Shown here: piece by piece, positions 10,244 to 20,175 of the stretch
How the letters are laid out: each line of letters starts with the position of its first letter
Position numbering within the stretch: the first letter of the stretch is position 1
Assembly (NCBI GenBank): GCA_965217185.1
Contig: OZ244252.1
Span: forward strand, 2,016,001-2,080,000
DNA from: an uncultured Candidatus Entotheonella sp.
Lineage (GTDB): Bacteria > Tectomicrobia > Entotheonellia > Entotheonellales > Entotheonellaceae
Length of the DNA stretch: 64,000 bases
Reading direction: 5' to 3'
Program-made: the position numbers and the translations under genes
Notes under the pieces: model-generated
The model's database searches: none
Told to the model about the DNA's origin: nothing
Seen by the model: only the letters and a program-made list of their open reading frames with translations

Positions 10244-11739
10244 GAGCCACTTGCAGAATTGCGTGTACGAGTGGGATTTTCTTTCTCCGTGTCAAGCACG
10301 GGGCAGGCTCTGGGGCTGATTGGTGGACATTGGGGCCGCTTTCTGATTCTGTTGAGTTGTCAAACAACCGAATCAGGAGGAACGACCCCAATGGCCTTAC
10401 GTGAGATACTATCGAGTTACTGGTCTTGCTTTCAAGCGCTGCTGTTCCCGCAGCTTGAGGAAACGATCGGGGCGCTGGGGGAACGCCATCAGCGCTTCGT
10501 CATGGTGCTCGAATGGGTGCGGGTGGAAACGCTGCTGCCGTACCAGCACCGGCGTCGCGGCTGTCCGCCAAGCGACCGCGCGGCCTTAGCCCGCGCCTTC
10601 ATCGCCAAGGCCGTCTTCGCGCTGGTTAGCACCCGGATGTTGCTTGATCGTCTGCGCCACGACAGCACCCTGCGCCGGTTGTGCGGCTGGCGTAGCGTCA
10701 AGCACATTCCGAGCGAGGCGACGTTTTCACGTGCCTTTGCCGAATTTGCCGACAGCGCCTTGCCGAGCCACCTGCACGAGGCGCTGATCAAACGCACCCA
10801 GGGTGAGCGTCTGGCAGGCCATATTTCACGCGATTCGACGGCGATTGAAGGGCGCGAGAGACCGACCCCGAAGGCGCCGCAGCCGGCCAAGCCGAAGCGG
10901 CGGCGCGGGCGTCCGCGCAAGGGCGAGGAGCGCCCCACGGAGCCGCGCCGTCTGGAGCGCCAGCGCAACATGACCCTGCCGGAGATGCTCGCCGACTTGC
11001 CGTACGCCTGTGACATTGGCGTCAAGCGCGACGCCAAGGGCTATCAGACGTCATGGAGCGGCTACAAGTTGCATATTGACGCGGCCGACGGCGCCATCCC
11101 GGTCAGTTGCCTGCTTACCTCGGCGTCGCTGCACGACAGCCAAGTCGCCATCCCGCTGGCGACCCTGACGGCGGAGCGAGTCCGCAACCTGTATGACCTG
11201 ATGGACAGCGCCTACGATGCCCCGGAAATCCGCGCCCACAGCCGCGCCCTGGGTCATGTTGCGATCATCGACGTCAACCCCCGCAGCGGCGCGCGCAAGC
11301 AGGCGCTGCGGCAGGAGAGGCAGGCACGGCGTGCCTGTGGGTTGGTCCTGTCTGAGGAGAGACGTTACCACGAACGCTCGACCGTCGAGCGCGTCAATGG
11401 TCGCCTCAAGGATGAATTCGGAGGTCGCAGCGTGCGCGTGCGCGGCCATGCCAAGGTGCTGTGTCATCTGATGTTCGGGATTGTGGCGCTCACGGTTGAT
11501 CAGTTGATGCGCTTGGTGACCTGAAGCTGGTCTCGCGGCCCCGTTTCCTCCATCCCGGCACGCGCTGCTGTCCTGTACGCAGGGGGGAGAGTTGCGTCCG
11601 CATCGCAAGACGGGAGCCGGAACTCGGCACCGCCATGGCTGAATTCGTGGCAATTGGAACCACCGACGGCAAATGATTCACCGTACGGTCTCATGACAAC
11701 CGCTCCGAGGCCAAACTAGCGGAGTTTTGCAAGTGGCTC
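10244..11739 (+). mobile_element. IS5/IS1182-like insertion sequence, copy 3
   Basis: IRs GAGCCACTTGCA / TGCAAGTGGCTC; 4-bp target duplication ATTC; 1496 bp. Confidence 0.93.
10391..11524 (+). CDS. DDE transposase (intact)
   Basis: Paralogue of 7277-8413 with AGGAGG RBS. Confidence 0.92.
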   Translation: MALREILSSYWSCFQALLFPQLEETIGALGERHQRFVMVLEWVRVETLLPYQHRRRGCPPSDRAALARAFIAKAVFALVSTRMLLDRLRHDSTLRRLCGWRSVKHIPSEATFSRAFAEFADSALPSHLHEALIKRTQGERLAGHISRDSTAIEGRERPTPKAPQPAKPKRRRGRPRKGEERPTEPRRLERQRNMTLPEMLADLPYACDIGVKRDAKGYQTSWSGYKLHIDAADGAIPVSCLLTSASLHDSQVAIPLATLTAERVRNLYDLMDSAYDAPEIRAHSRALGHVAIIDVNPRSGARKQALRQERQARRACGLVLSEERRYHERSTVERVNGRLKDEFGGRSVRVRGHAKVLCHLMFGIVALTVDQLMRLVT

Positions 11740-12065
11740 ATTCGTCAGAATTCGATGGTCGCGTGCCACAGGGGGTTGTTCCGGGGTCACTGTCGCCGAT
11801 GCCGCAGCATTGAAGGTGCCATCTTCAAGTGCGTTCACTTAGACCAGGAATGTTCGCAGAAGCTTGGCCAGTTGTAGCCAAATCGCCCTCGCATGGCCCT
11901 CAACACCCAAAGTTCTTAATCTCAAACGAAATGCACGTTAGAGGTGTGGTTTTGGTTGATCCCCTTTGTCGCTGGCTTACAATAGCGCTGAAGCGATGCC
12001 AAGGCATCCGCGGTGCAGGCGCGACGTCAACCCTGAACACCTACCGTAGAGCGAAGGAGAGGCTG

Positions 12066-13409
12066 ATGGCAGAAGCAATCCGAGTCGTGCACTACTTGAA
12101 CCAGTTTTTCGGCGGCATTGGCGGCGAAGCACAGGCCTACGAGCCGGTCCAGGTCAAACCGGGACCGGTAGGACCCGGTCGTGCGCTCCAGGGCGCCTTG
12201 GGCGACCAGGCGACGATTGTCGGGACCCTCATTGCGGGTGACAACTATTTTACGGAAGAGTTGGACGCTGCCAAGCCCGCGGTGGAAACATATCTTGACG
12301 AACTCAGGCCCGATGCGGTGATCGCGGGTCCGGCTTTTGACGCCGGACGATATGGGCTGGCTTGCGCGGAGGTGTGTCGTATCGCCGCCGCTCGAAACAT
12401 CCCTGCCGTTACGGGCATGCATCCTGACAACGCGGGAATCCTCACGTACCGGAAAGATTTACTAGCCGTATCGACTGGCACGGACAGCACCGAGATGGTT
12501 GCGATATTGCGCCAGATGGCTACGCTGGCCCTTAAACGGGTCGGCGGTACAGAGTTGGGACCGGCGGTCGCTGAGGGTTACGTCCCTACTGGCAGACGCC
12601 AAGAGGCGATGCACGACAAGTACGGTTATGAAAGAGCAGCCGACATGTTGCTGGCCCGCATGGCGGGGAAACCTTACAACTCTGAAATGTGCCTCACCGG
12701 ATACGACGACGTCGCACCCGCTCCACCGTTACGCGACCTGAAAGACGCCGTCATCGGGCTGGTCTCCAGCGGTGGCCTGGTGCCTCGCGGTAACCGGGAC
12801 CGCCTGGTGGGTTCCAAGGCGGAACAGTTTTTCAGATACGACATCGAGCAAGTCAGTTCCCTGACCGTGGAAGAATGGGAGTCGGTACACGGCGGCTTCG
12901 GCACCCTCATCCTCAACACCAAGGATCCCAATTACGCCATGCCCTTGAGTACCGTGCGTTATCTCGAAGACGCTGGGCACATCAAGCATGTCTACCCGCA
13001 GTTCTTCTCGACCACCGGCAACGCCACGGCGGTAAGCGCTGCCAGACGCATGGGCGGTGAGATTGCATCGGAACTGACCGCAAACCACGTGGATGGCGTT
13101 TTGCTGGTGGCCACGTGAGGCAGTTGTAACCGTTGCGGTGCAACGTTAGCCAAGGAAATTGAGAGGGCAGGAATTCCTGTGGGTATGATGACGGCCATGC
13201 CGGCCATTCCTCTTTCGGTGGGCGCCAGCCGTGTCGTTCGAGGTGTGCGTGTGCCCCACGTGTGCGGGGACCCGGCCTTATCCGAAGACAGAGACCACGA
13301 ACTCAGAGCACGCATCGTCACGACTGCCCTGAACGCCCTGACCACATCCGTATCCACGCCGACCCTCTTCGAGCCCGACCAGACGGTGCTGGAGGAGGTC
13401 GCACGATGA
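12066..13409 (+). CDS. grdB: Glycine/sarcosine/betaine reductase selenoprotein B (Sec at 13116-13118)
   Basis: VVHYLNQFFGGIGGE and AGPAFDAGRYG motifs; the frame reads LLVAT-TGA-GSCNRCGATLAKEIERAGIP (UxxCxxC) and continues to the stop at 13409. Confidence 0.92.
13127..13148 (+). promoter_or_regulatory. Bacterial SECIS-like hairpin (grdB)
   Basis: CGTTGC-GGT-GCAACG with the stem starting 12 nt after the UGA. Confidence 0.75.
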
Positions 13410-14701
13410 AACTTGAAGTCGGAACATTTCCGGTCCATGACATCGTGTTCGGAACCCAGACGCGCTGGCAAGACGGCGTCCTGAGCGTCGACAAAGACGA
13501 GCTTCTCGCCTTGGCCATGGAAGACCCCTATATCGCCTGGGCCGACATCGACGTGACTCGCCCCGGGGACTCGGTGCGCATTGTGCAAATCCGAGACATC
13601 GTTGAGCCAAAGGTCAAAGTATCCGGTCCGGGGGTCACCTATCCCGGTATCTCCGGGCGTGACGTGACCACCGTGGGGCAAGGCCGCACCCATCGCCTGG
13701 GTGGCATGACCCTCATCGCGTGCTCGGAAATGCCCGGTTTCAACCCCGACGGGGCGCACTGGTGGGGGACCACATCCGTCGAGGGCCGCAGCGACATTAC
13801 CTTTATCGATATGTCGGGACCGGGCGCCGCAACCCCTTTTGCCCACACCATCAACCTCTGTTTGCAAATGGAGCCTCATCAGGAATCCTATGCCGATGAC
13901 TGGAACCGGGCGAGCAATGCCGCCATGCTGAAGCTCAACGACCGTCTGGCGGAGACCACACGAGGCTTTGAACCGCCCGAGATCACCACGTACGATCTTG
14001 ACTATCGCGACGACGCCTTACCCAATGTCGTGTTTGTCCCGGCCTTGGCTTCGGCGGAGTACCGGTTCGGTCCACGTACCAGCCTGGGCACCAACGTATA
14101 CGGTATCGGGCGCCTCACCGAGCCCTGGCTTCTGCAACCCACGGAGATGATCGACGGCGCTGTATTCGGCACCTACATGGAACATTTTACCTGGCCCATC
14201 ATGGAAACGATCGTGCCCCACCTGTGCTCGCGTCATGGCCGGGACTTCAATTTCGTCGGTTGCATCGTGGTGCGCAGCAATTGGGAAGCCCAAGCCGAAA
14301 AACAGCTCATGGCAAACCGGGCGGCGCAGATGGCCTCTGCCCTAGGAGCCGACGGGGCCATTGTGACCACCAATCAGCGCGGTCAGCGCTTTGTGGAAAC
14401 GGTTCTCACGGTTCAGGCACTCGAACAGGTGGGGGTGGATACGGTCCTCATGACCGAAGAGGAAGACAACGAAAATGGCAATGCGCCGCCGTTGCTGATG
14501 TCCGTGCCGGAGATCATGTCAGCGGTGAGCACGGGGACCGGCGGCGTCGAGGTCACCTTTCCAAAGGTGAAGCGCGTTCTCGGGCTGCGCCAGCCTGGCC
14601 CACAATGGTACGAGGAAAAGCCGCCGATCCACGGCAGATACGGCGTTACCCATCTGCATGACTTTTACGGCTTTGGTAAGCAGGGGTGCGTGGATTTTTG
14701 A
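13406..14701 (+). CDS. Glycine/sarcosine/betaine reductase component B subunit (GrdE/PrdA-like)
   Basis: ATGA overlap with grdB; PGDSVRI..IRDIVEPKVK, GQGRTHRLGG, IDMSGPGA and LGADGAIVT motifs. Confidence 0.85.
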   Translation: MKLEVGTFPVHDIVFGTQTRWQDGVLSVDKDELLALAMEDPYIAWADIDVTRPGDSVRIVQIRDIVEPKVKVSGPGVTYPGISGRDVTTVGQGRTHRLGGMTLIACSEMPGFNPDGAHWWGTTSVEGRSDITFIDMSGPGAATPFAHTINLCLQMEPHQESYADDWNRASNAAMLKLNDRLAETTRGFEPPEITTYDLDYRDDALPNVVFVPALASAEYRFGPRTSLGTNVYGIGRLTEPWLLQPTEMIDGAVFGTYMEHFTWPIMETIVPHLCSRHGRDFNFVGCIVVRSNWEAQAEKQLMANRAAQMASALGADGAIVTTNQRGQRFVETVLTVQALEQVGVDTVLMTEEEDNENGNAPPLLMSVPEIMSAVSTGTGGVEVTFPKVKRVLGLRQPGPQWYEEKPPIHGRYGVTHLHDFYGFGKQGCVDF

Positions 14702-14824
14702 CGTGCGTTTCGTTTGAGATGAAGAATTTTTCGGAGTGGAGGTCCCTGTGAGGGCGTTTTGGTTACAACTTCGATGGACTCCACGTCACCGCGGCCCGCA
14801 TTAAAGGGTCTCGGTCACACTCCC

Positions 14825-15094
14825 TCAACGTTTGCCCGTCTCCGAACGCGCCTCTTCTATCCATTCCGGTGGCCACGTTTTGATACGGAGGCTACGGTGT
14901 GTAAGGGCGATGGAACCATCGTCGAGGCGCTTTATCAGAAACGACGGGGTCTCGTCCAGCGTTTGCCAGTACTCGTGCGCCAAGGTGCTGCTCAATTCGT
15001 TCCAGTGCCGATCCGTCAGCAGGTCCTGCAATTCATCCCTCGAAATCGACAACTTATTGTCTAAATCGTTACCTCGCACCAGCCTTGCCGCCAT
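14825..15094 (-). CDS. Small hypothetical protein or fragment
   Basis: ORF with protein-like composition; no family recognised. Confidence 0.3.
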   Translation of the reverse strand: MAARLVRGNDLDNKLSISRDELQDLLTDRHWNELSSTLAHEYWQTLDETPSFLIKRLDDGSIALTHRSLRIKTWPPEWIEEARSETGKR

Positions 15095-15150
15095 CTTCCT
15101 TCACCGGCGCACTGAGCATGCCAGCCTTGCGTCTGATCTTGAGCCGGCAG

Positions 15151-15357
15151 GGAAGTACCAAAAAGCGGGGGGCAATTGCAGATCTGTGCGGGTGATGGCA
15201 TAAGGTCCGTATGGCCAACCCGGAGGTATTTCCGAGCATTGTTCAACTGAAGGTCCGGCTGCTGGGCACCAGCCCCATGATCTGACGGCGAATGCTGGTG
15301 CCTGCATCCGTGTCGCTGCATGAGCTGCCTGAATGCCCCCGGCTTTTTGGTACTTCC
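15151..15357 (+). mobile_element. ISKra4-derived MITE
   Basis: IRs GGAAGTACCAAAAAGC / GCTTTTTGGTACTTCC; internal remnant IVQLKVRLLGTSPMI*RRMLVP resembles the pRiA4b ORF-3 N-terminus. Confidence 0.72.
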
Positions 15358-15466
15358 CTATCTCCCTCCTGCTGTTGCAAAGACTGGTTTCACATTGAGG
15401 GAACGGCGACAATAAGCCTACGTTTGTGCAGGACGCTACGCAGCAGGGTAACACCCAGGACTGGAA

Positions 15467-17374
15467 TTGTCTGAGATGCACATTGCGAACGAACTGCAGA
15501 AAATCCGCCAAAACATGGATGCCTTCGTAGTTGGCCACGAGGCGGTGAAGGAAGCCATGTTGCTGGGCCTCGTTGCCCGTGAGCATATCTATCTCCAAGG
15601 CGCACCGGGTTGCGCCAAAACCTTGCTGGCGGAGGTGGTTGCCGCCTCGGTGAATCGCCCGTCCTTCTTTTGTCAACTGCATCGTGATACCCGTCTGACC
15701 GAACTGATCGGGGAGGTGATCCTGGAAAGATCCGTGCTGCCCGATAGTGGGGGAGAGGTCGTCCGTCAGCGGGTGCGCCAAGGAGGGATACTCACGTCCG
15801 AGGTGGTAGTGCTTGATGATATCACCCGAGCGCCCGGGGAGGCTCTGAATGTTCTGTTGCGATTGCTCAACGAACGCAAGTACCACACGCAGCCCATCCC
15901 GCTGCGCTTAGCCATGGCCACCTCCAATCCCACGGCGGAGACCTATTACAATGAACCGCTCGACCCGGCTAATCTGGACCGCTTCACGCTTCAACTGCAA
16001 ACTCGAGGAACCATCTGCGCCCAACAGTGGGACAAGGCCAGTGCCATCGTGGACCGCGGCCATGTGACTCCGGCAACGCTGGCCGTTCGGCATCCGGTTA
16101 CCATTGACCTACTGGATGAAGCCCACCGGGCCATGCAAGACGTGGATGTGCCGCACCACGTGATGCGGGTCTATCGCAATGTCCTCGACATCCTGCAAAA
16201 CGAGCATGACTGCAACCCCACGAACTCGCTTCTCAGCGACCGCACCATGTTGGTTAAGGTTCCGGTCATGATCAGGGCCATGGCTGTGCTTGCCGGACGC
16301 TCTGTGGCAACGGCTGAAGATTTGCGTGTCTTGAAGTCGATCCTGACCTTCCGGGTTCCGGAAGCGGTTTATCAGCAGCTTGATGAGATCTTGCAGCGCG
16401 CCGCAGCGTTGGCCATGGGTCTGCCAGAGTGGTTCGATGACCAGACGCAGAAACAGGCAGCCGTCCGGGAAGCTTCAAATGAGGCGCAACGCATTGACGA
16501 AATGTCTGATAGTGACTTGGTCGATGAGTTACTGGCAACCCTGAACGTGGGTGATGACGTATCTGATCCGAAGGCGCCCCTGCACGTCAACCGGGCGCTG
16601 ACGTCACCCGAGCGGTTTCAAGAAAGCTCCCGCTACAGGGTGAAAAATCTGGAGTTGCTTGTCGAGCGAATCAACGGGCGACTGGACCGCCACAGCGCCG
16701 CTCCCGAGGCCCATCCGGGCGGCTCGCCTCGCAGTTGGAAACGCATGCGCTCTTTTCAGGAGTTTCTTGATACCGACGCCGCCGAGATGGCCACCTGGAT
16801 GGACCGTATGCATCCCGGTCTGCCGCGCGTCTACAAGAGGGAAAAGAAACATGTAGGCGGAGACATGGTGATCATCCGTGACGTGAGTGAATCCATGGGG
16901 GGTTACTATGCCCGATGGGCGGCTTCGGTGGTGACTGCGTTGGTGCAACTGGTGCGCAGAAAACGTATGCGTATCGGATACATCGAGTTCAATCACGTAT
17001 CGCGCAAGTACAGCCATGGCGGGCGATTCTTCACACGCAACTACGATCAGATATTGGCTTTTGCCGCCAATGTGGCCTGTTCGGGCGTGACCAATTACCA
17101 GCTTCCCTTGCATGATGCGCTAACGGAGTTGCGCGCCTGGGGCACCCCCAATAAGCATGTTGTTTTGCTCACCGACGGCGAACCCACCCACGGCGACTGG
17201 CTAGTGCGCGCCGAGAGGCGCCTAGCCAAGGACCTGCGGGTCACCATCCACACGCTCTTCATTGGCGACATGGAATGCCCGGAGATCCTGGATGTCCTCT
17301 CCGAAGAATCGGGCGGTTGCCAGTTGCTTGCGGCGCCCGATGGACAAGGGGGACTGAGCCTGCAGGAGCGCTAG
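15467..17374 (+). CDS. MoxR/RavA-type AAA+ ATPase fused to a vWA domain
   Basis: GAPGCAKT Walker A, VVLDDI Walker B, LNVLLRLLNER and LDRF motifs; C-terminal DVSESM, GVTN and LLTDG MIDAS residues. Confidence 0.85.
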   Translation: MSEMHIANELQKIRQNMDAFVVGHEAVKEAMLLGLVAREHIYLQGAPGCAKTLLAEVVAASVNRPSFFCQLHRDTRLTELIGEVILERSVLPDSGGEVVRQRVRQGGILTSEVVVLDDITRAPGEALNVLLRLLNERKYHTQPIPLRLAMATSNPTAETYYNEPLDPANLDRFTLQLQTRGTICAQQWDKASAIVDRGHVTPATLAVRHPVTIDLLDEAHRAMQDVDVPHHVMRVYRNVLDILQNEHDCNPTNSLLSDRTMLVKVPVMIRAMAVLAGRSVATAEDLRVLKSILTFRVPEAVYQQLDEILQRAAALAMGLPEWFDDQTQKQAAVREASNEAQRIDEMSDSDLVDELLATLNVGDDVSDPKAPLHVNRALTSPERFQESSRYRVKNLELLVERINGRLDRHSAAPEAHPGGSPRSWKRMRSFQEFLDTDAAEMATWMDRMHPGLPRVYKREKKHVGGDMVIIRDVSESMGGYYARWAASVVTALVQLVRRKRMRIGYIEFNHVSRKYSHGGRFFTRNYDQILAFAANVACSGVTNYQLPLHDALTELRAWGTPNKHVVLLTDGEPTHGDWLVRAERRLAKDLRVTIHTLFIGDMECPEILDVLSEESGGCQLLAAPDGQGGLSLQER

Positions 17375-17757
17375 TCGTAGGTTTTGAGATAGTCGATGAT
17401 GATCCGGCGTTGCTCCGCATCGGATATCTTGACGAGCATTCTCGAGTTGGGGACAAGTCCCTGAGCGTAGCGTATCCAGGTGTCCAGATTGTCTTCATTC
17501 CAGATAACACCGGGGGCAAATCTCCGAAACGCTCCGGAATACTCATAGCCCTCCCTCTTGCCGGCCGGAGCATTGAAAATCCCGCGCAGATCCGGCCCTA
17601 ACCACACATACGCTTTCTGCCGCTCCGTTACATGGCAGGGGGCGCATTGACGATTGAAGGCGCCCTCACCGGTTACGAATTCCTCGGCCTGCAGCATCGG
17701 TGCGTGTATCGTCCCTAGCATCAGAACGATGGTAGCTACCAAGCGTCCGCGGTTCAT
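17371..17757 (-). CDS. Class I cytochrome c (c2-like)
   Basis: Signal peptide, CAPCH, GPDL.GI, YEYS, and distal Met in PNSRM. Confidence 0.9.
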   Translation of the reverse strand: MNRGRLVATIVLMLGTIHAPMLQAEEFVTGEGAFNRQCAPCHVTERQKAYVWLGPDLRGIFNAPAGKREGYEYSGAFRRFAPGVIWNEDNLDTWIRYAQGLVPNSRMLVKISDAEQRRIIIDYLKTYD

Positions 17758-17878
17758 GATTCAGGTCCCTCCGGGAAATGGTGTTGACACCACTTATGAG
17801 TGGGTATATAGCAAACCTCTAAGTGGATCAACGTATCCCACAACTCTCGATCTGAAGTTCTGATACGGAGGGAGCATC

Positions 17879-19423
17879 ATGGGAGATTCCTGGCTGACCA
17901 AAGAGCAACTGAAAGTCTTGCGGCGTGCCAATGAGGATGAGGGATTTCGTTTACCGATTCCGACACAGGTCATTTCAGACGGCGAAATCTTCCCGCCCCC
18001 ACAATCGAAGCAGCAGGCCATGGTCGAGGCGCTGCTCAAGGAAAGGGCCGGCGTTCTCGGCAAGCAACATGGTCTGAACCGGCGTCAGTTTCTCAGAACC
18101 GCCTCTGGTATGGCCGCAGCCTTCCTGGCCATGAACGACGTGTATGGCAAGGTTTTTACCGTCGATCAGGCGGAAGCGGCGGATTTCGAAGCGGCCGGCG
18201 CGCGCCTCGCGGCCTTGCGCGACCAATTCATCTTCGACGCCCATACCCACCACGTCCACGATGACTACACCTGGGAAGGGCAGCTCTTCCTGCTGCAATA
18301 CTCCCGGGGTGATCAAGAGGCAGGGTTGCCGTCGTGGACGGGCGAGTTGGAGGGACGTGAGCTCGACCTGAAGTACTTCAAGTTCCCGCATTACGTCAAG
18401 GACATCTTCTTTGACAGTGAAACCGATGTCACTATCCTGAGCAATTCCCCTTCAGTTGTGCCGGAAAAGCAGCTCCTCACGGAGGACCAGTTGGTGGCCA
18501 GCCGGAACTACATCAACGGCATGGCGCGCACCAAGCGAGTCTATGCCCACGGTACGATCTGGCCCAGCAATCAACCGTTCCTCGACGATATGGACCGGCA
18601 GGCCGAGGAGCTCAAGATCGACTCCTGGAAGGGCTATACGATCGGCGATCCGTTGGGGCTCGTGCCGGAGGCCAATTTTCCCTGGCGGCTGGATGACGAG
18701 AAGGTCACCTATCCAGCCTATGAGAAGGCCATGAAGTACGGCATCAAGAACCTCTGCATCCATAAAGGATTGCTGCCGGTTGACTGGAAGTCCTTCGACA
18801 ACTGGCCTTACGCCGCGGTGGATGATGTGGTCAAAGCGGCGAAAGATTGGCCTGAACTGAACTTCATCATCTACCACTCGGGTTTCAGGGCCTTCATGGA
18901 CGTACGGCAGTTTGCCGAGGAGTTTGAGCAAAGCGGCAAGATTCCGTGGGTCGATGATCTGGCCGAGATCCCGAAGAAGCACGGTCTCACTAATGTTTAT
19001 GGTGAGATCGGATTGTCCTTTGCATCGTGCGTTACGACCTACCCCAGGGTCGCAGCCGCCATGCTGGGCCGGCTTATCCAAGGCATGGGCGCCGACCACG
19101 TCATCTGGGGTACGGACTCGATCTGGTTCGGCTCTCCCCAGTGGCAGATCGACGCTTTTCGGCGTCTCGATATGCCCATGGACCTGCAGGAGAAATTCGG
19201 CTTTGCTCCCTTGGGTCCTGCGGATAGCGAGGTCAAAAAGGCCATCTTGGGCTACAACTCAGCGAGGATGTACGGACTGGGGCTCACGGCCGATGGCCGG
19301 CCGATCGAGGCATTTGAGAAGGATCGACTGGCACGTCTGAGGAATGACTATCTTGCCGCCGGCGGGATGCGTGACAACATTTACTGGGGCTGGATCCATC
19401 AACAGGATCGGGCGCCTGCCTAG
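17879..19423 (+). CDS. Amidohydrolase-family metal-dependent hydrolase
   Basis: DAHTH, CIHKG, IYHSG and WGTDSIW motifs. Confidence 0.88.
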   Translation: MGDSWLTKEQLKVLRRANEDEGFRLPIPTQVISDGEIFPPPQSKQQAMVEALLKERAGVLGKQHGLNRRQFLRTASGMAAAFLAMNDVYGKVFTVDQAEAADFEAAGARLAALRDQFIFDAHTHHVHDDYTWEGQLFLLQYSRGDQEAGLPSWTGELEGRELDLKYFKFPHYVKDIFFDSETDVTILSNSPSVVPEKQLLTEDQLVASRNYINGMARTKRVYAHGTIWPSNQPFLDDMDRQAEELKIDSWKGYTIGDPLGLVPEANFPWRLDDEKVTYPAYEKAMKYGIKNLCIHKGLLPVDWKSFDNWPYAAVDDVVKAAKDWPELNFIIYHSGFRAFMDVRQFAEEFEQSGKIPWVDDLAEIPKKHGLTNVYGEIGLSFASCVTTYPRVAAAMLGRLIQGMGADHVIWGTDSIWFGSPQWQIDAFRRLDMPMDLQEKFGFAPLGPADSEVKKAILGYNSARMYGLGLTADGRPIEAFEKDRLARLRNDYLAAGGMRDNIYWGWIHQQDRAPA

Positions 19424-19481
19424 GCGCTGAGGACCTCCCGTAGTCGGGTCGTCCAGACTCGGTGCAGGAACGTTCGTAAGG

Positions 19482-19512
19482 AAGTCGGGGCGAAATCCTT
19501 TCGCCCCGACTT
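19482..19512. terminator. Stem-loop (terminator or REP-like) downstream of the amidohydrolase
   Basis: AAGTCGGGGCGAAA-TCC-TTTCGCCCCGACTT, a 14-bp perfect stem. Confidence 0.5.
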
Positions 19513-19519
19513 TGCTCTT

Positions 19520-19665
19520 CTGGTACAACGCCATCGGGTCGCCGGTGGAGCCGATGATCTTCAGGGGCGACCAGACGAACAGGAGTTCGTACACCTCGTC
19601 CCGGATCAGCGGCGTGAAATCAAGATACTCGATATTCCAGTATGCCCGTACCTTGCTGGTCCATT
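19520..19665 (-). pseudogene. C-terminal remnant of a cyclase (kynurenine formamidase-like) family gene
   Basis: WNIEYLDF..LIRDEVYELLFVWSPLKIIGSTG resembles the C-terminus of this family. Confidence 0.45.
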
Positions 19666-19822
19666 CCAAACCTGTGATTGTGGCCCGGCGCGTCGTTGAC
19701 TGGCGGTTTCCCCCACCAACCATTCACAACGCCTTCCGCAGCGCGTTTTACGCTGAACCTCCTTGTTTCCGGGTCCCGACAATCATGGTTGTTATCCCGG
19801 GAATCCCAACGTAGGCCGTGAG

Positions 19823-20175
19823 TCACATCCCGATTCCCGCCAACGCACGATAGAGCGTCGCCCGCTTGACCCCGAAGTTACGGCACACCGCGGCCTTGCT
19901 GGCGCCATTCTCCAGCGCCGAGAGGATCGCTTCCAGTTTCTCGGGATCGATGACGCGTGGGCGCCCGCCCCATTTGCCGCGTTTTCTCGCTGCCTCCAGG
20001 TCGGTCATGATCCGCTCCCTTGCCAAGGCCCGTTCATACTGCGCCAAAGCGCCGAACACGCTGAACAAGAACGCGCCGTGCGGTGTGGTCGTATCCATCT
20101 GCTCGGTCAGGGAGCGAAACCCCACCTGCCTGGCCTCGAGCCCGGTCACAATCTCCAGAAGGTGCGGCAAAGAGG
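19823..20175 (-). pseudogene. Serine resolvase/invertase, 5'-truncated by ISKra4
   Basis: SLTEQMDTTTPHG, LAQYER and GGRPR motifs plus a C-terminal HTH; the catalytic N-terminus is missing. Confidence 0.85.

Noticed and set aside
11829..13118. grdB as a nonsense pseudogene with a long N-terminal extension
   Set aside because: The TGA sits at the canonical Sec position with a SECIS-like hairpin, and the RBS supports a start at 12066.
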